64,000 bases of DNA from Podarcis liolepis (lineage: Eukaryota), in assembly GCA_965112155.1 (NCBI GenBank), contig OZ218102.1; one strand, written 5' to 3'. The notes beneath the pieces are model-generated. The model worked only from the letters and a program-made list of their open reading frames with translations, ran no database searches and was not told where the DNA came from. Of the stretch, positions 36,733-50,046 are shown one piece after another. The position numbers were made by a program, and so were the translations under genes. The stretch's first letter is position 1, and each line of letters opens with the position of its first letter.

Positions 36733-39109
36733 CTGTTGGCTGCTTTGATTTCAATTAGAAAAGATGGCAAAACCATCTATGCATTGGTATTGTGCTGGTT
36801 TGGATGATTGTGAGCAAGTCCTTTGGACAAGCGGATGTTTGCAAGGCAGCCATTGACTTGCCTTGCTGAAGTGGGAGTCTTTGTCCATCGCATTGTTAGG
36901 CAAGACAACCTCTTAATGCGCCTCAAATGCATTCTCTGGGTGCGCCTGGCGGGGTGGGTCTTGAGGCATCATCCAAGAAAATGGGCTGAGAGCTTGTGAT
37001 TCCCCACCCCCAACACTGTATGGACCCAAGGACCACATCCTGCCCCTTTTATGCCGCTTGCCCAGGTTGGCTAAATCTTGGAGAGCCTGTCTGACTGTTA
37101 TGTTATTTTAGAAAGCAGGCCTTCGCAGAATAGGTATGGATGAACTCAAATGGAAACACACCAGGCATTTGAAAAAAAGATCTGCAGTGTTCCTATTCTG
37201 AGGGCAATTAGTCTAAATCATTTATTCTAAAACCACGTGGAATGAACCGCCTGCGATGTTTGTGAAAATGATACACACATTAGCTGCCAGTTGTTGTGTA
37301 CTGGATGTGGCCCTCCAGTCCATCACTTGGCTTCCAAGGTGTTCCTGAAGCTGAAGAGGTTCCCTGCCGGAGAGAGAAGGAATCCCACGCAGTTCAGGTG
37401 TGGTCCTTCTGCCCTCTCTGCTGTGTGTGAACCTGGCTAGGAGGGCTGGCTGAGCCCAAGTAAAATAGCTGGTCCCGGAATAAAACAGCCATGCTTGGAC
37501 CAAATAAGTTCTGCCAGTGCGCTCTGGGCTAAAAAAGCCCTCCTCCTCCTGGGGGAGGAGCGCAAAAGAACTAAACTAGCCCCTCAAAGCGGGCCCAAAC
37601 TATTCTGAGAAGTTAGCAGTGTAGTGGGATGGAACTTCCGCCTGTTTTTACCCTTTCCACGGCCACACTGTCCTTGGGAGGGTTGTGTCTGTTTTCTAGA
37701 CTTGGTGATCAGAGGGGGTACGGGGCACCACATTGCCTTGCCCTGGCTGCTTCCCTTTGTTTTTGTTCCAAAGCGGTGCAAGCGGGACCCTGCATCAAAA
37801 GTGCCATGTGCTGATAGATGGACCCCCCTTAGGCGGCAGCATAACGGTCAGATGAACGGTCAGCTCTGCCAGTTCCAGGTCTAAGTGCAAGAGCGTATTG
37901 TTTGAGGGGACAGATGAAACAATAAATCCTCTCTGTTGCAATTTCTTTAATGCAGCAGTGAATATTGCTATTGGATTGCCCTTTTGTTTCAAATCCTTAT
38001 CTAGTCTCAGCAATAAATGCTGCTGCCCCAAAGCCATTGTCCAGCCCTGCAAAACTGGCTGTAAGGCAGGATAGATTTAACAGTACCCTGCAGCGCTAAT
38101 AACTCTTATTGCAGTCTGTGGGTTGGAAATGAAGGCGCAGTGGTGAGAAGGGAAGCCCCTTTTATTCTGATGGGAATGTCTGGGTGATTCATGGCTGCCC
38201 ACACTGATTTCAGCTTTTCATTCCTGGTGCTGATTCACTGTGAAGCATTCCACGTATGCAGGCTGCAATAATTAACATTGTTCTTTGCTACCCACTAACA
38301 CTGCTGCCCCTCCGTTGCCCTGCCATTGCAATGAAACCTCTGCTGATACCCGATGTCTCCGTTCACCAATGGAAATGGGCTCCAAGAGAGACAGCTTCAG
38401 GATGCCCCATATATTGGTTGACTGTTCCAGGTGCCAGCCCTCCCTGCCTTCCAGGTAGACAGAAGTAACAGACAGGACCAGGAAATGTGCAGCGAGTGGC
38501 TGGATATTTTGAAGTTGGCTGCATTTACTTGGATTTCCAAGTTCCTGCTACAGTCTGAAGTGTGCTTGCTGGAGCCTCTCTCTCTCTCTCTGGCGTGTGC
38601 GTGTGTGTGCCCCCTGCCATGATGATGGGTCGGTTGCTGCAGCGTTTTGCCCCTCCCCCTCAGCATCTGGCATCAACGGAGCAGTGGCTGCAGTCAGATG
38701 AGCCGCTTTTATCCTTATGGAGGAGGTAGCGGAGCTTACTTTGCCTGCAGCAGGTGGAACTGCCTCGTCCCCTTCTCTCCCTCCCTCCCTGCTCCCCTCC
38801 CTGGAGATTTTTGGCCAAGAGGATTCCAAAAGGGAGCCCTTGCAGAGTTCTCTTCATGCTGGTGCCTTTTCTCTAGCTGAAGAGGGAGCCACCCTCTTGG
38901 AAAGGGACACATGGACCTCTTCGGCTCGACCCCGCAGGCGGTGGGGACTTCTGCCACGAGAAATAATTCCGTGCTGTTTTTCTGTCTCAGCTTTCTGTTG
39001 AGAGGATCATGGACTCACACGTCCAAGGCAGGCAGCAAGCCCTTCTTTCCCAAAGCATTCTTCTTGAATCTCGGTTGCTGAATGATGGAGGTGTCCTGGG
39101 TCTGAAAAG

Positions 39110-39211
39110 ATGTCTCCTAGCACAAAAAACGTGGATTGCTTTTCTCCCGTGCTGTGCCACTGCAAAGTAGCATGCAGCAACAACACTGTCTCTTTAATGT
39201 TTGGATGCAAG
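39110..39211 (+). CDS. DLG1: DLG1 alternative first exon, PSD-93-alpha-like (MSPSTKNVDCFSPVLCHCKVACSNNTVSLMFGCK)
   Basis: aagATG start, 102 nt, AAG|GTGGGT donor, phase 0. Aligns without gaps to the recalled DLG2 N-terminus MSPVVKDPDCFTPMICHCKVACTNNTLSLMFGCK. Confidence 0.85.
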
Positions 39212-42200
39212 GTGGGTCCGAACGGGGTTTCTGGCGAACCTCTGGCACATCTAAATAAATTAGCAGCATCTCCTTGTTAATGGGATCTGTAGCAATAGAA
39301 TTATGCCATGGGATGGGATTAAGTCATATGCTTTTGGTGACGTGCTGGGGGCAGGCAGGCAGGCAGTGGCGATCTCTGCTCGGTCGGTGTGCCTTGTGGA
39401 AGAGGGATATTGCACACGCACCCTCTGCAGGAGAACAATTAAAAGGCAGAGTAGAAAAACCTCCGGGGAAGGCTGAAGCACTGCCCTGGCAAAGCACGGC
39501 ATGTTTTTGTAGTTACCGCTTTTACTTTGCAATATTCATACCCTGTTCTTTTCTTTATGGGGCTCCTGGGGTGGCTTACAGTAATAAAAAGGTATCTACA
39601 GCAGGAAGTAGCTATTCTGTGGCTATCAAGGGTTCTGTCTGTCGGAATGGAAGCCTCCTGAGGTCCCTGGGGGAACACCTGAGGGCTTTGGGGGCTGTGA
39701 TGGGGCAATGAAGGGGGCTTAGTGACCTTTAATGCAAAGCATCCATTTGGATTGACTTGATGGCTTTTCTTTCTTCCCTCCTTTTTAAAAAAGTGAAATG
39801 CATGTTATTATCCAGTATTTGGGGGTTTCCTCATAAGTATGTGGGTTGAGATACCCCAGGCTGCGATTGGTTTCCAGATACTTGAGAGAGAGAGCAGCTG
39901 AAGCATGCCTTTTGCCTCTGAGAGGATCTTCAGGCAAGTTCAGTTGACCCAGCCAGGGTTCTTGAGGACTGACTTGCAGCTGAAATGTTGCAGGGAAAGT
40001 GCAATGATTGGAGGACAGCTTTGGGGTTGGCACTGGGAGGGAAATGGGGGAGAGGGTTGCAGGAAGGCAATAAAGAGTTTTCAGTGACGGCAGCTGCCTC
40101 ACAGCTGCCCCTCTTGGGGAATGGCAAAAATGTTCAGCTCCATTCTTTTTTAAAAATCTTCCTGTGGGGTGCATGTTTCATGTGAAATCTCAGCAGTTTG
40201 TATATTAGCACTTCCAACTTCCAGTGTGGCCTGCAAGTACCCAGGGCTAGCCGGACCCTTTGATTTAGTGGCTGAATAGCCAGTCCCTTCACAGAGAGGT
40301 GTGTCTGGCACCTGTGTTGTGTAGCTTTTGTTATATGCTGAAGAGGCACATCTTTGCCCTGGCTTTTGACGCCTGAGACATATTTGGACCCACCCTATGT
40401 TTTTGACCATGATTTGTTGTAACAGATTTTAATGTTGTGTTTTAAAATAGTTGTAACCTGCCCTGAGACCTTGTGGAAATTCTGGATGGCAGCTAAGACT
40501 TTCCCTACCACTCAGGCTGTGTTTTGCATGCTGGTTGTGAGCAGAGGAGGTTTAATATGCCAGGAGAAAACTTGCCCTGGAGAGGTTATAGATGCTGCCT
40601 GCAACTTCAGATTCGTGTTTCCTTCTCTTCCCCACCAGTGACGGAACAATAACTTTTGGGGGGGGGCACAAGTTGAGGTTTCATGATGTTTCCCCTTCCT
40701 CAGCATTGGCCTGGGGTGAGGTGCAGCGCATCTCCACATTCCATTGTGGTTTCCACAAGGCTGCCAAGGTTTGTCTCTGCATATGCTCCCAAGCACTCTG
40801 TGTGCGGGTATCTTTTTCCAAAGTACCATTTTAAACTTATTGGTTCCAGAGGCTGGTGAAGCCTGGGGAGTCCCAGTGGTGCTTGCAGGTATGTTTGTAG
40901 GTCCCCTCCCCAAGTTGTTTATTGCTGTTACTCCTGAAGCATATCCAGTCCATGGGAAATGATTAAAATGCTCTGTTAATGGTGCTAACTGTGGTGGTTG
41001 AAGGACCAGGCAAGCCAGATCCAAAATGGAGAAGCTTACTTAGAAGTGCTTATTTCTGGTATGCTTTTTGCACAAGCGGGCTAAGAAATAACATGCCCAG
41101 GACATGTGAGCAGTATTCTAGCCTGACCTGCACCAACGCCAGCCCAACTTCAGTGTTACTCACATTTGCAGTATCCTCTGTCTTGGCAGAAAGGAAGAAC
41201 CATATCTTTGGCTTCTGTTACTGGTCTAATGAAACAGTGACCAACACATGGCTCCTAGCTCCAGCTGCTGTTTCCTGAGTGCCAATGGTTGTGCGCCTTT
41301 TACAGTTCTTGTGCAGAACTTCAGATATTTATTCCACCAAGGAGGAGAAAGGTCTCTTTCTCTTCTTCCTCTTCCTCTTGGTTGTCTTCTTTAAATAATC
41401 CCTTGGCTCCATGGACTGATTCTTCCCTGTGACAGCTGATTTCCTCCTCCTGGCCATCTTTTGTTCGCAGAATGATTCAGACTGCTGGGCAGAAGAGGCG
41501 GGAGGGCTGCAAGCTGCCATTTGCCCACTGCACTGAAACGGGTGGGTGAATGCTGGAGTTGGCAGCACTCTGTCTGCAGAGGGAGAACTGGGAGCCGCAG
41601 GGCAGAGAGCGCACTTGAATTCCCAGCGCCTGGCTCTGAACAAAAGGCAGAGTGTGGCCTTTTGTTTGAGTGCTCAGGCAGTCTCCAAGCTGAAACGCAC
41701 AGTAGGGATAAGCTGTGAAGTTTTTCTACACCCAAGCAGTATATAATTTTGAATGAAATTTTATGAAATAAATAAATATCCACTGGCACCCCATTCAGCC
41801 AGTGCCCCCCTGGGTAAGGTGGGATGGGTTGGCCTCTCAACACACACGCAAGCACCCCGCCCCTCCTCAACGATTCGATGGAAAGCCCGGGCCTGCTGGC
41901 TATGCCTAGATGGCCTTGGCGACTGGTCCACCGGGATGCCTTTCCCCAGCATCATTTGGTGCACCAGCCGCGGTCCCTTTGGTTCCAGGATGGCCTCGTG
42001 CCAGGTGTCCCCACGTGAGTCACATCCTGACTCACTTTCCTCGGTGCTTGTGCTGGGTCAAGCAGGGCATCCAGGCTGTTGACCAGGGGCTTGTGGTCAT
42101 GAGCCTGTTGGCTTGGCTCTTCCAGGGGACTCTCTTGGCTCCTGGCTCATTTCTGGGCACAGTTCTAAATGGTGGCTTTAGAAATGGTGGCAGGTGGGTT

Positions 42201-42682
42201 GTCAAAGGCCTTCCTCTTGGCCTGTGAACCTGCCCAGCGTCTTCAGGGACCTTCGCTTGTGGGTGGGCTTTCTCTGGAGAAAACGTCTTCCTTTGTCTCT
42301 CCCCTCTCCCCACCCCACCCTGGCAGGGGAGTTCTCCTGCCATCTTGTTCACTAGCCTGTGGGCACGAGGTAAAATCTGTGTTTCTCTTGGCTTTTGGTT
42401 GTTAATGTGCTAATGGTTTGTTTTTGTCCAAGCTCTTTAGTTTAGGTTATAGAACTGGTTTTCTAATGGCTAAAATGTTTAATGGTGGCTTTTGGTGTCT
42501 TCCAGGATTTCTTTTTTATTTTGCTATTATTTTTTTGTTTTTTATTTTGCTTGAATGTATACTTTTTATTTGGCTTTATTCATTGATGCTTTATTCTGGA
42601 TTGTTTTATTTGATGTTTTAATGTAGGTTGTAAGCCACTTGGAGATTTCTTTCTTAAAAGCATAAAGTAGCATAGAAATGAA

Positions 42683-42684
<2 letters not shown>

Positions 42685-42733
<49 letters not shown>
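42685..42733 (+). repeat. (TAA)~16 microsatellite at the tail of a degenerate L2 3' end
   Basis: Perfect TAA array preceded by 'gttgtaagccacttggag...aagtagcatagaaat'. Confidence 0.9.
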
Positions 42734-43043
42734 TTATGGCATTTTCTGGGATGAGTATGTGTGTCATTTTGACTTAAGGTGTCTGCAGAAAGATGGAATT
42801 TAAATGTCATCAATAAGTAAAAGTGGGTGGTTCTGCATGGGGGGGTGGAGTCTGGCAGGGACTGCACAAGCAGAGGGGGGCAACCTTGATGTGCAACTTG
42901 GGCAGCCTGTGCTGGGATCGTTGCAGAGAAGGCAGAGCTCTCTTGTTGCCGCCTTCTTCCCCTCTTAAGTTGGGGAAGCAAGTTGTGTTGTTGAGGTTTG
43001 CCTTGTAAAACTGGTCTCCTTTTGAACCTTTTTCCTCCCCCAG

Positions 43044-43214
43044 AAATACCGTTCTCACGATGACGATGACACGCCTTCGCCAGAGCACGGCTCCCCCCGG
43101 GAAACTCCCAGTGAGGCAGCAGCTCCAGAGCTTGTGCAGGTTTCCGAGAAGAGCCTCTCTCAAGTTGAGAGCGTCCATGGATTTGTGTCCCACTCTCACA
43201 TTTCGCCAGTCAAG
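43044..43214 (+). CDS. DLG1: DLG1 common N-terminal exon (MAGUK_N_PEST region)
   Basis: ccccAG acceptor, AAG|GTAGGA donor, 171 nt. Encodes [57 protein letters not shown]. Confidence 0.95.
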
Positions 43215-44439
43215 GTAGGAGGCGTGCACATGTTTCAGAGCCTCTTTGGGTATGATGGGTCAGGTGTCCGGTGAAAAGCTGCATGCCTTCTTCCTGCTGT
43301 AAAGATTTCATGTTCATTCCAAGTCCTACCCTTATGTCTTTCTAATTGGTGGGTTCTCATCATAACATGAAGTTCTGACGTGTTATTCATTCATTTCCTA
43401 CTGCATCTCTGAAGCAAGGTAACCGGTTCTTCCTGTTTGAGGAATCTAAGGTTTCACTCTCTCACAAATCATTCTTTTGATGGCTGTGTAGGATTTTGTC
43501 TGCAAATTCTTAGTCTATTTCTAGGTTATGGCATGAAAACCCGAGTATTCCTCTGTTGTGAGATTTTTTTATTCAGTTGAGTTTAGGGTTGAGAGCAGGG
43601 TTTCCCAACAATGTCCAAAATTAGCCAGGTGTCAGGGGCATTTTATAATTGGCTATCAGCTACTTACGAGTAAGTGAAGATGCCTGGGTACCAGGATGGT
43701 GCCTGACACTTCCACTATCTGGAGGTGCATGCCTGGGGATCAGTGGATCTGGACTGTTTTCACATACTAATACCCCATCCTGTAGAAATCCAGTTGTTAT
43801 CTTTTATCTGCACAATCAGAATGAAAGCAAAATGCTTTTTCTGTGCAGCCTGAGCAGGAACAGTGAATGGCTTACATTTTGCCTTCACTTATCCCACCCC
43901 ACAGTTTCTCTGATAATAATAATATGTGACCTTAAAAGAGGGGTGCTCAGAACAACACACACAGGAACTGGACTGCTGGCAAATTTTGAGCCTGCATGAC
44001 CTGGCACTGACCTTTTGTATCATGGTGGCAGCAGTGGGAGTGGCGTGGGTTTCTGAGATTCAGGAGTTCCCTGCTCAGCACAAGGTTGCCTTGGGTGGCG
44101 AGTTCTGGGCAGTGGGTTCAAGAGGGCTGTGGAGAAGCTGCCAGTGGGGCTGGAGGACAGCTGTGAGAAGGGCGGGACCCTGAAGCAGTTCTTTCAGTAC
44201 CAGGGAGCAGCAGCTGGTGGGCTGTTTTTGAAAAGCGGAATGGCTCGTGGGCTGGGATGGAAGGACCGTGATGAACCAGACAAGAAGAGTCCTTGTTTAA
44301 ACAACAGAGAGGTGGCTGGTGGCTGGTGTAAAAGCAGTTCAGGAGAGGGGAGGCTGCCATGGGAGGTTGTGGTGCAGCTGGCACAGTCCAGATGGTGTGC
44401 TGGGAGGCTGGGCATGAGCTCCTCAGGCCATCCTCCCCC

Positions 44440-44562
44440 AACATGCTGCCCTCCAGCTGCAACTGGTCTGCAACTCCCATCATCCCTGAACATTGACCGT
44501 GGTGGGTGGGACTGATGGGAGTTGTAGTTCACCAACTGGGGGGCACCAGGTTGGGGAAGCCC
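44440..44562. mobile_element. Palindromic non-autonomous DNA element
   Basis: Inverted arms caactcccatca / tgatgggagttg, a common squamate MITE form. Confidence 0.6.
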
Positions 44563-46600
44563 GCCTTAGGAAAGCAGCTGCACCCTCAGCCCCCTCCCTA
44601 TTGCTACCACCTGCAGAATAGGGTTGCTTCTCTCAAGCTGCTTCATAGGAATGCATGTGAAGTATGTGGAATGATGCATCATGCAAAATTCTTCTTGGGC
44701 TTTGGGCACACCCAGTGTTTGAAACTCCCGTTGTTCTAGGCGCATTTTGTGACAGGGAATTTCATTAGCTTGAGCAGTTTCTGAGCTCTGGGTACAAATA
44801 CTGTGCCTAAGACCTTTTTCTGCCTCCCCACTTCCAGCTACTTTCTGAAGACTGGAGAAGAGACCCTCTTCAGAATATTAGGGAGGGGGGCACGCGAAGG
44901 ACGAGACCATGTGAAAAATGAACATAATATTTTAGCTGCAGTTCATTCATTTTCAGCTTTGTATTCTTGTTATAAAAAAGACATTCCGTTGACATTCCGT
45001 TGTTGCGCCCTTTAAAGGTCCCTTTAGCTCCTGGCTTTCCTATCTCTGTTTCTAGCCCTGCACACATTGGGGCCTGAGGTGTGCTAAAGGAGAGGCTGAA
45101 TGAATTATTTGCCTCTGCCATCCTCACAGTCAGAAATGTAGTGCAGATAGGTGAGCCTGGACTCACTTTGGCAGGAAGGGGGCTTGAAGAACTGAGGCAG
45201 ATCGCGGTGTCAGGCAGGGAATACGGGAAGCTGGTGTCAGAACTTGGAAGTAGCCCACAGCAGTCAATGGCCGATGCCTCTTGGCCCTTCCTTCTCCCCA
45301 GCCCTGCCTTGAAACACACCCTCATGCCAGCCTCTTCTTACCTGAACCAGCCCAGGGGAGGATGGGACTTGGCAGAGCAGGTCTCCCAGCTCCAGAAAGA
45401 CAGGAAGACGCAGCCTGCTCAGGGATTCGGAGGGGGGGGGGCAGCTGCCTGTGTCTGCCTTCCTCTGCTAGGAGCAGAATCCTCAGGGACTGGGAAGCGG
45501 CTTAAGGCAATGGAATGTGGACTGTGGGTCTGCAGAGGCTGGCTGGCTGGCTGAGGAATTCGAACTCTGCTCTGTGGTGGTTGTCCCTCTGAACAGAAAT
45601 CTTTGGCAGTGCATTTGCTTTTGTAATGGCCTCTAGGGGGAGATGTTGCAAAGGAAGACCTTGGCCACAGGCCTCTCAGGTTATCCAAATACTGTTTTGG
45701 CTGCATTCACATGACCATTGATTCCCCTCTCATGGCCTTCCCCAACTGTTGATTTCCATGTTAGGTTTGAGTTTTCACACAAGGTAACAGCCACTTCCAG
45801 AACTATAGTGGAATATAGTGGATCATATGGAATCAAATGCTAAACTCGCTCTATTATTTGGAAACAATTTTTTTCTGGAAGCAAATATGAGCACTAAGCT
45901 TGCACTCCACTACGATAGTTTGAGAAGTGGTTTTTACGTTGTGTGAAAACTGAAATATAATGTGGACTTAACAGTTAAGGAAAAGTCATGAAAACGAAGT
46001 AAACTGGCAGGTGAATGCAGCCCTGTTTGTTTGTTTGTTCAGTTTCATTCCAACCTTTCATCTACGCAGTCCCAGGATGTGATACATAATAAACATCAGT
46101 CAGCAGTGGTGCCATCTGTATGCTGATAATAGTCAGCACAGTTTCTGTGACATCTGTGGTGTGGCCAGGGAGACGCGCCTGGACTCTGTGGTGGGCTGGA
46201 TGAGGGCCAGCAAACTGAAGTGGAATTTTGACAAGGCCAGAGGTGATCTTGTGGGTGGGTGGGCGGTTCTGGGGCCTGGGAATGAGAGAGACTGCCTGTT
46301 CAGGAGGGGGGTGCTCCACCTGGAAGGGGCACCCATGCGCCCTGGGGCTGCTTCCAGAGCTGGCGCGGCTGGAGGCTTGGTTGCAGCCATTCCTATGCCT
46401 GGAGCTAATAACAGATGAATGGGTAGGCAGAGGAGGTGTAGCGCACGTCAGGCCGTCCAGGCGAGGCAGAGACTGTGGAGACATGTCCCCCAGCGCCACT
46501 CTCTGAGACCAGGTCTGCAGGAAGGATGGGAGCTCCAGCGCTGCCCTGCGCCTCCCAAGCCACACAGACAACTGATCCAGAAGCAGACTATGATCTATGG

Positions 46601-46790
46601 CAGTGCTTCCCAATTGTTGGTCCGCGGACCCCAAGGGGTCCGCGCAACCCACCCAGGGGGGGGGTGTGTGTGGTGCCATACACATAACAAAAACTACCAG
46701 AGAGATCAAAATTTTAAAAAGTAGGGGGTCCATGGCTTGACTTTTGAAAAACAGAGAGTCTACAATGCTTAGCTAATTGGGAACCAGCTG
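46601..46790. mobile_element. hAT-type MITE with 8-bp TSD, inserted in an L2 RT remnant
   Basis: TSD ATCTATGG at 46593-46600 and 46791-46798. TIRs CAGTGCTTCCCAATT / AATTGGGAACCAGCTG. Host reads TIDHSLLLDQL...SFLQTWSQRVALGD on the minus strand. Confidence 0.82.
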
Positions 46791-49700
46791 ATCTATGGTG
46801 ATCTGCCATGTCTATGATGATGATCCCCCCCCCCCCGGTATGAAGGGTGTGCGCTACAAGCATTGCTTTGGGTAGTAAATGTTCCCCAATGTAAACCCAG
46901 GGTCAGCTTGGGATCTGTTTGCAAAGCACTGATGAAGAACAGGTTCCAGGTGTTTTTGTTGGCTGGAGGTGAGGCATCTTTCCCCTCTAGGTGGGAGCAG
47001 AAGGGTCTCAGTGGGCGGCTCCTTGACCTGGATAACTGGGCAAGAAAGACTCTTCACTTGGGAGCAGCATAATCTGTAGATCTGAAGTGGGCAGAACGTG
47101 TAACAGACGGAAGTTGGATTAATCAAGAGGCACTAAGGGGGGGGGGAGGCAGTGCCCGTCTGTCCGTCCATCACAGCTGCTGCTTGGGATTCTGCTTTGA
47201 GCTGGGCTGTTTGCTTCTCCACTGCAAGACGTTTTTGGAGCAACTTGTAATAAGGCCACCATGTTCATTTCAATGTGGCATGCTCAGAAGATGAGCAGGA
47301 GGATCCTGAAGAGTGTCCGGGAGTCCAGGCACTTCAATCTTCATATTTTGGTAGGTGAACTAACATAGCCTAATGATGGGGAGATACTTCTGATGCATAG
47401 AAAATGTGTCTCTTCCTTTGGCATTCTGCAATTTACAAATATTTAAACCACGCTTATTACGGGGGTGTTTTCAAGACCAGAGGTGGGGAGATCCCTGGAG
47501 TCAGATTCAGGAAGATTTCGGGCATCTTCAGGTGGTCCTTTGCTTTTGTACAGTAATGCTTGTGCACGTCGTTGCTTGGTGAGGCAGCTGGATCCAGAGC
47601 TTGACTGATGCTGGGCTTCTCTGGTGGGGCTGCCAAATCTTCCAGAGCTCAATCTGTTTGTTCCTAGGCCCAAGCCACATCTTCCCCCAGAGGTGCTGTT
47701 TTTTTGCTTTGAATGTGTGTGGTTTTTTTTTAAGAAAAAGAAGGAATGATGCTTAATGTTCCACATCTCTGCCATTCAAGGATTGGAAGATTTATTAGCC
47801 TTTGTGTCCTCTCCCCTCTTGAGTGCATATACCTGATGCCTCTACTCTTTATTTGAGTGTGGACCCAGGCAAGGGGATAGGTAGAAGCTTTTACTAGGAA
47901 TTGGGGTCATCCGATAAAGCCAACTGGCAGGCAACGTGCTTGATCTGAGCCCAACACAAAACTCGCAGGATATGCAATGGGATCTCCCCTCCCCACCCCG
48001 TGAGTTCCCTGTGGTGGTGGTGCTTCCGTCCAAGGGCCTTCTTCCTTGTCTCCAACTCTTTCTCCCTCCCACATTCTCCTTGCTGTGATCCACTGGTCAG
48101 GAGAGAAAGAAAAAGAAAACCAGCCCTTCCAGACAAGATGTAGAAGACAGCGCCAAAGAGATAAACCCACAGCAGAAAAAAACAGCACTGCCAAAATGTC
48201 TTTAAAATGTCAACAACTGTTTTGAAAACTAGAAGCCCTGGGGAAATAAGGTCTTCAGGTTGCACTGGAAAAGACCACACCCAGGGCTGCACCCCCTCCT
48301 TGGTCTCAAGTCTTTGTTCTTCTACCCGTGGTGCCCATTGCAGCTATGAAGAAGGAGCAGGCCATTTTGCACGTGGCTTCAGTGGCTGGTGGGTCCCATT
48401 GAAGTGCTTGTGCTCCCTGACTGGTTTAGCCTTCCTGGCTGAAGCCCAGCAAAAAGCTTCTCTGCTTAACACACATCCATTTCAGTAGCATTTGGACAAC
48501 ATCAGTTATGTGGGGTGGAAATTTTGGAATTTTTAGAAATGCACTGTTTCCTGAAATAAAATAGGAACATAAATAAATGAACATAATGCCAGCCATCCAG
48601 CATGCTACAGTTAGTGTGTTGACCGTATTCAGTGCCTATATATTTTCTTTAAAATAAGGTAAGGGTATGACATTGAATCATAGGGCTGGAAGGGACCCCA
48701 AGAGCCATCTAGTCGAACCCCCAAAGCTGTCATGTAAGTATTCCAATAAAAATAGTTTCCAAGTAAAGCTTTGAATCTGTTTGCTGTGTCACTGTAACCT
48801 CACTGGCAAAAGCCAAACTTTCTTCTCCTGCAACTTCTGTATTGTGGCCTCCAAAGGCAGCCCCCCCCTGTTCCACCTGCAGGACCCCCCCCCCCCACCA
48901 CAGTGGAGAAGTGAGAGGCCCACCGCATCCTCTGGCCCCTCAGCCATCCCTCCTAGGATTGCTCTAAGTAGGCTAAGTCTCCCCCCCCCGCCCCCCGGTT
49001 TGGATTCCAGTAAAAAATCCCCACAGCTTTTACCTGTGATAGCTTCTGTTTCTGTTTTGACAATGTTGATTAAAGTAATCTTAGCTTGGTTTCCTTTGGG
49101 ATGTCCCCATGTGATACGCGAGAGAAATAGCTTGATACTTCTGCAAAGAGGAACGTGATATTATTGCTCATGTAGTAATGTTAATCATCTGTTAATTACA
49201 TTGTCCCTATTACGGTATAGCTTTTGCATGTAAATAAATTCTATAAAAAGAAAGCAAAATCCCCCACCTCTCAGATTGCAGCAAAAGTCATTTATTTACA
49301 TTCCCTCTCAAGGCTCCTTGTAGGAGCCTCACATGTCATTGGCTTCTGTGAAGACTGGATGTCATTTTAAACCAAAATAAATTAAATCTTGCACATTAAG
49401 CCAGGCCCAAATTAGAGCAGAGGTTCTTATCTTTGATGCTGACTCGGCCGCGGGCTCAAGTAAGGAAGACACAGACACGCCCAGGGCCTCACCTTTCTCT
49501 CCTGACAGTCACTAAAGGAGAAACTTTAAGAGTTAAAATTAATTTTGATTGCATATTGTTGAGACGTTGGAGGATATTAAATCACTGTATGCTGCTGTTA
49601 GCCAGTAAGCGGTTTTAGAGGTTTGCTGCTGCTCTGAGTTGATAATTTCCCAGCTTCCTGCAGGTTTTTCCATGTTTACTTGTCTGTTGAGTAAGCTCTG

Positions 49701-50046
49701 AACTGAGCACGAGCCCTCGAAGGCTCCCACTCTCACATGCTTCTGGAAACCAGTTCCAGGAACTGCAGGAGAAGAGAGGAGCTGCTTGGGGACTTCCCAT
49801 AGTGGCATCTGGTTGGCCAGGGAGAGCAGCGAATGTTGGGCCAAATGGGCCCCTGGCCTCATCCAGATGACTCTTCTGGTGTCCCAAGGAGCTCTTTGCA
49901 TTTTTATCTCATTAATGACTTAGGGGAGGTGATCAAAAGTCCATCTAGAACTTTTTCAAGTGCCTACAGAATACAGTACCATAATTCTAAATGATCTGAA
50001 TAATTCCTTCCAGAAACCACTCACCTAGCATTGTTGAATATTCATA

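Noticed and set aside
38619-38760. ATG clusters and a YFACSRWNC peptide reminiscent of the PSD-93 MFFACYC start
   Set aside because: No phase-0 donor and weak similarity; more likely leader or promoter sequence of the 39110 exon.
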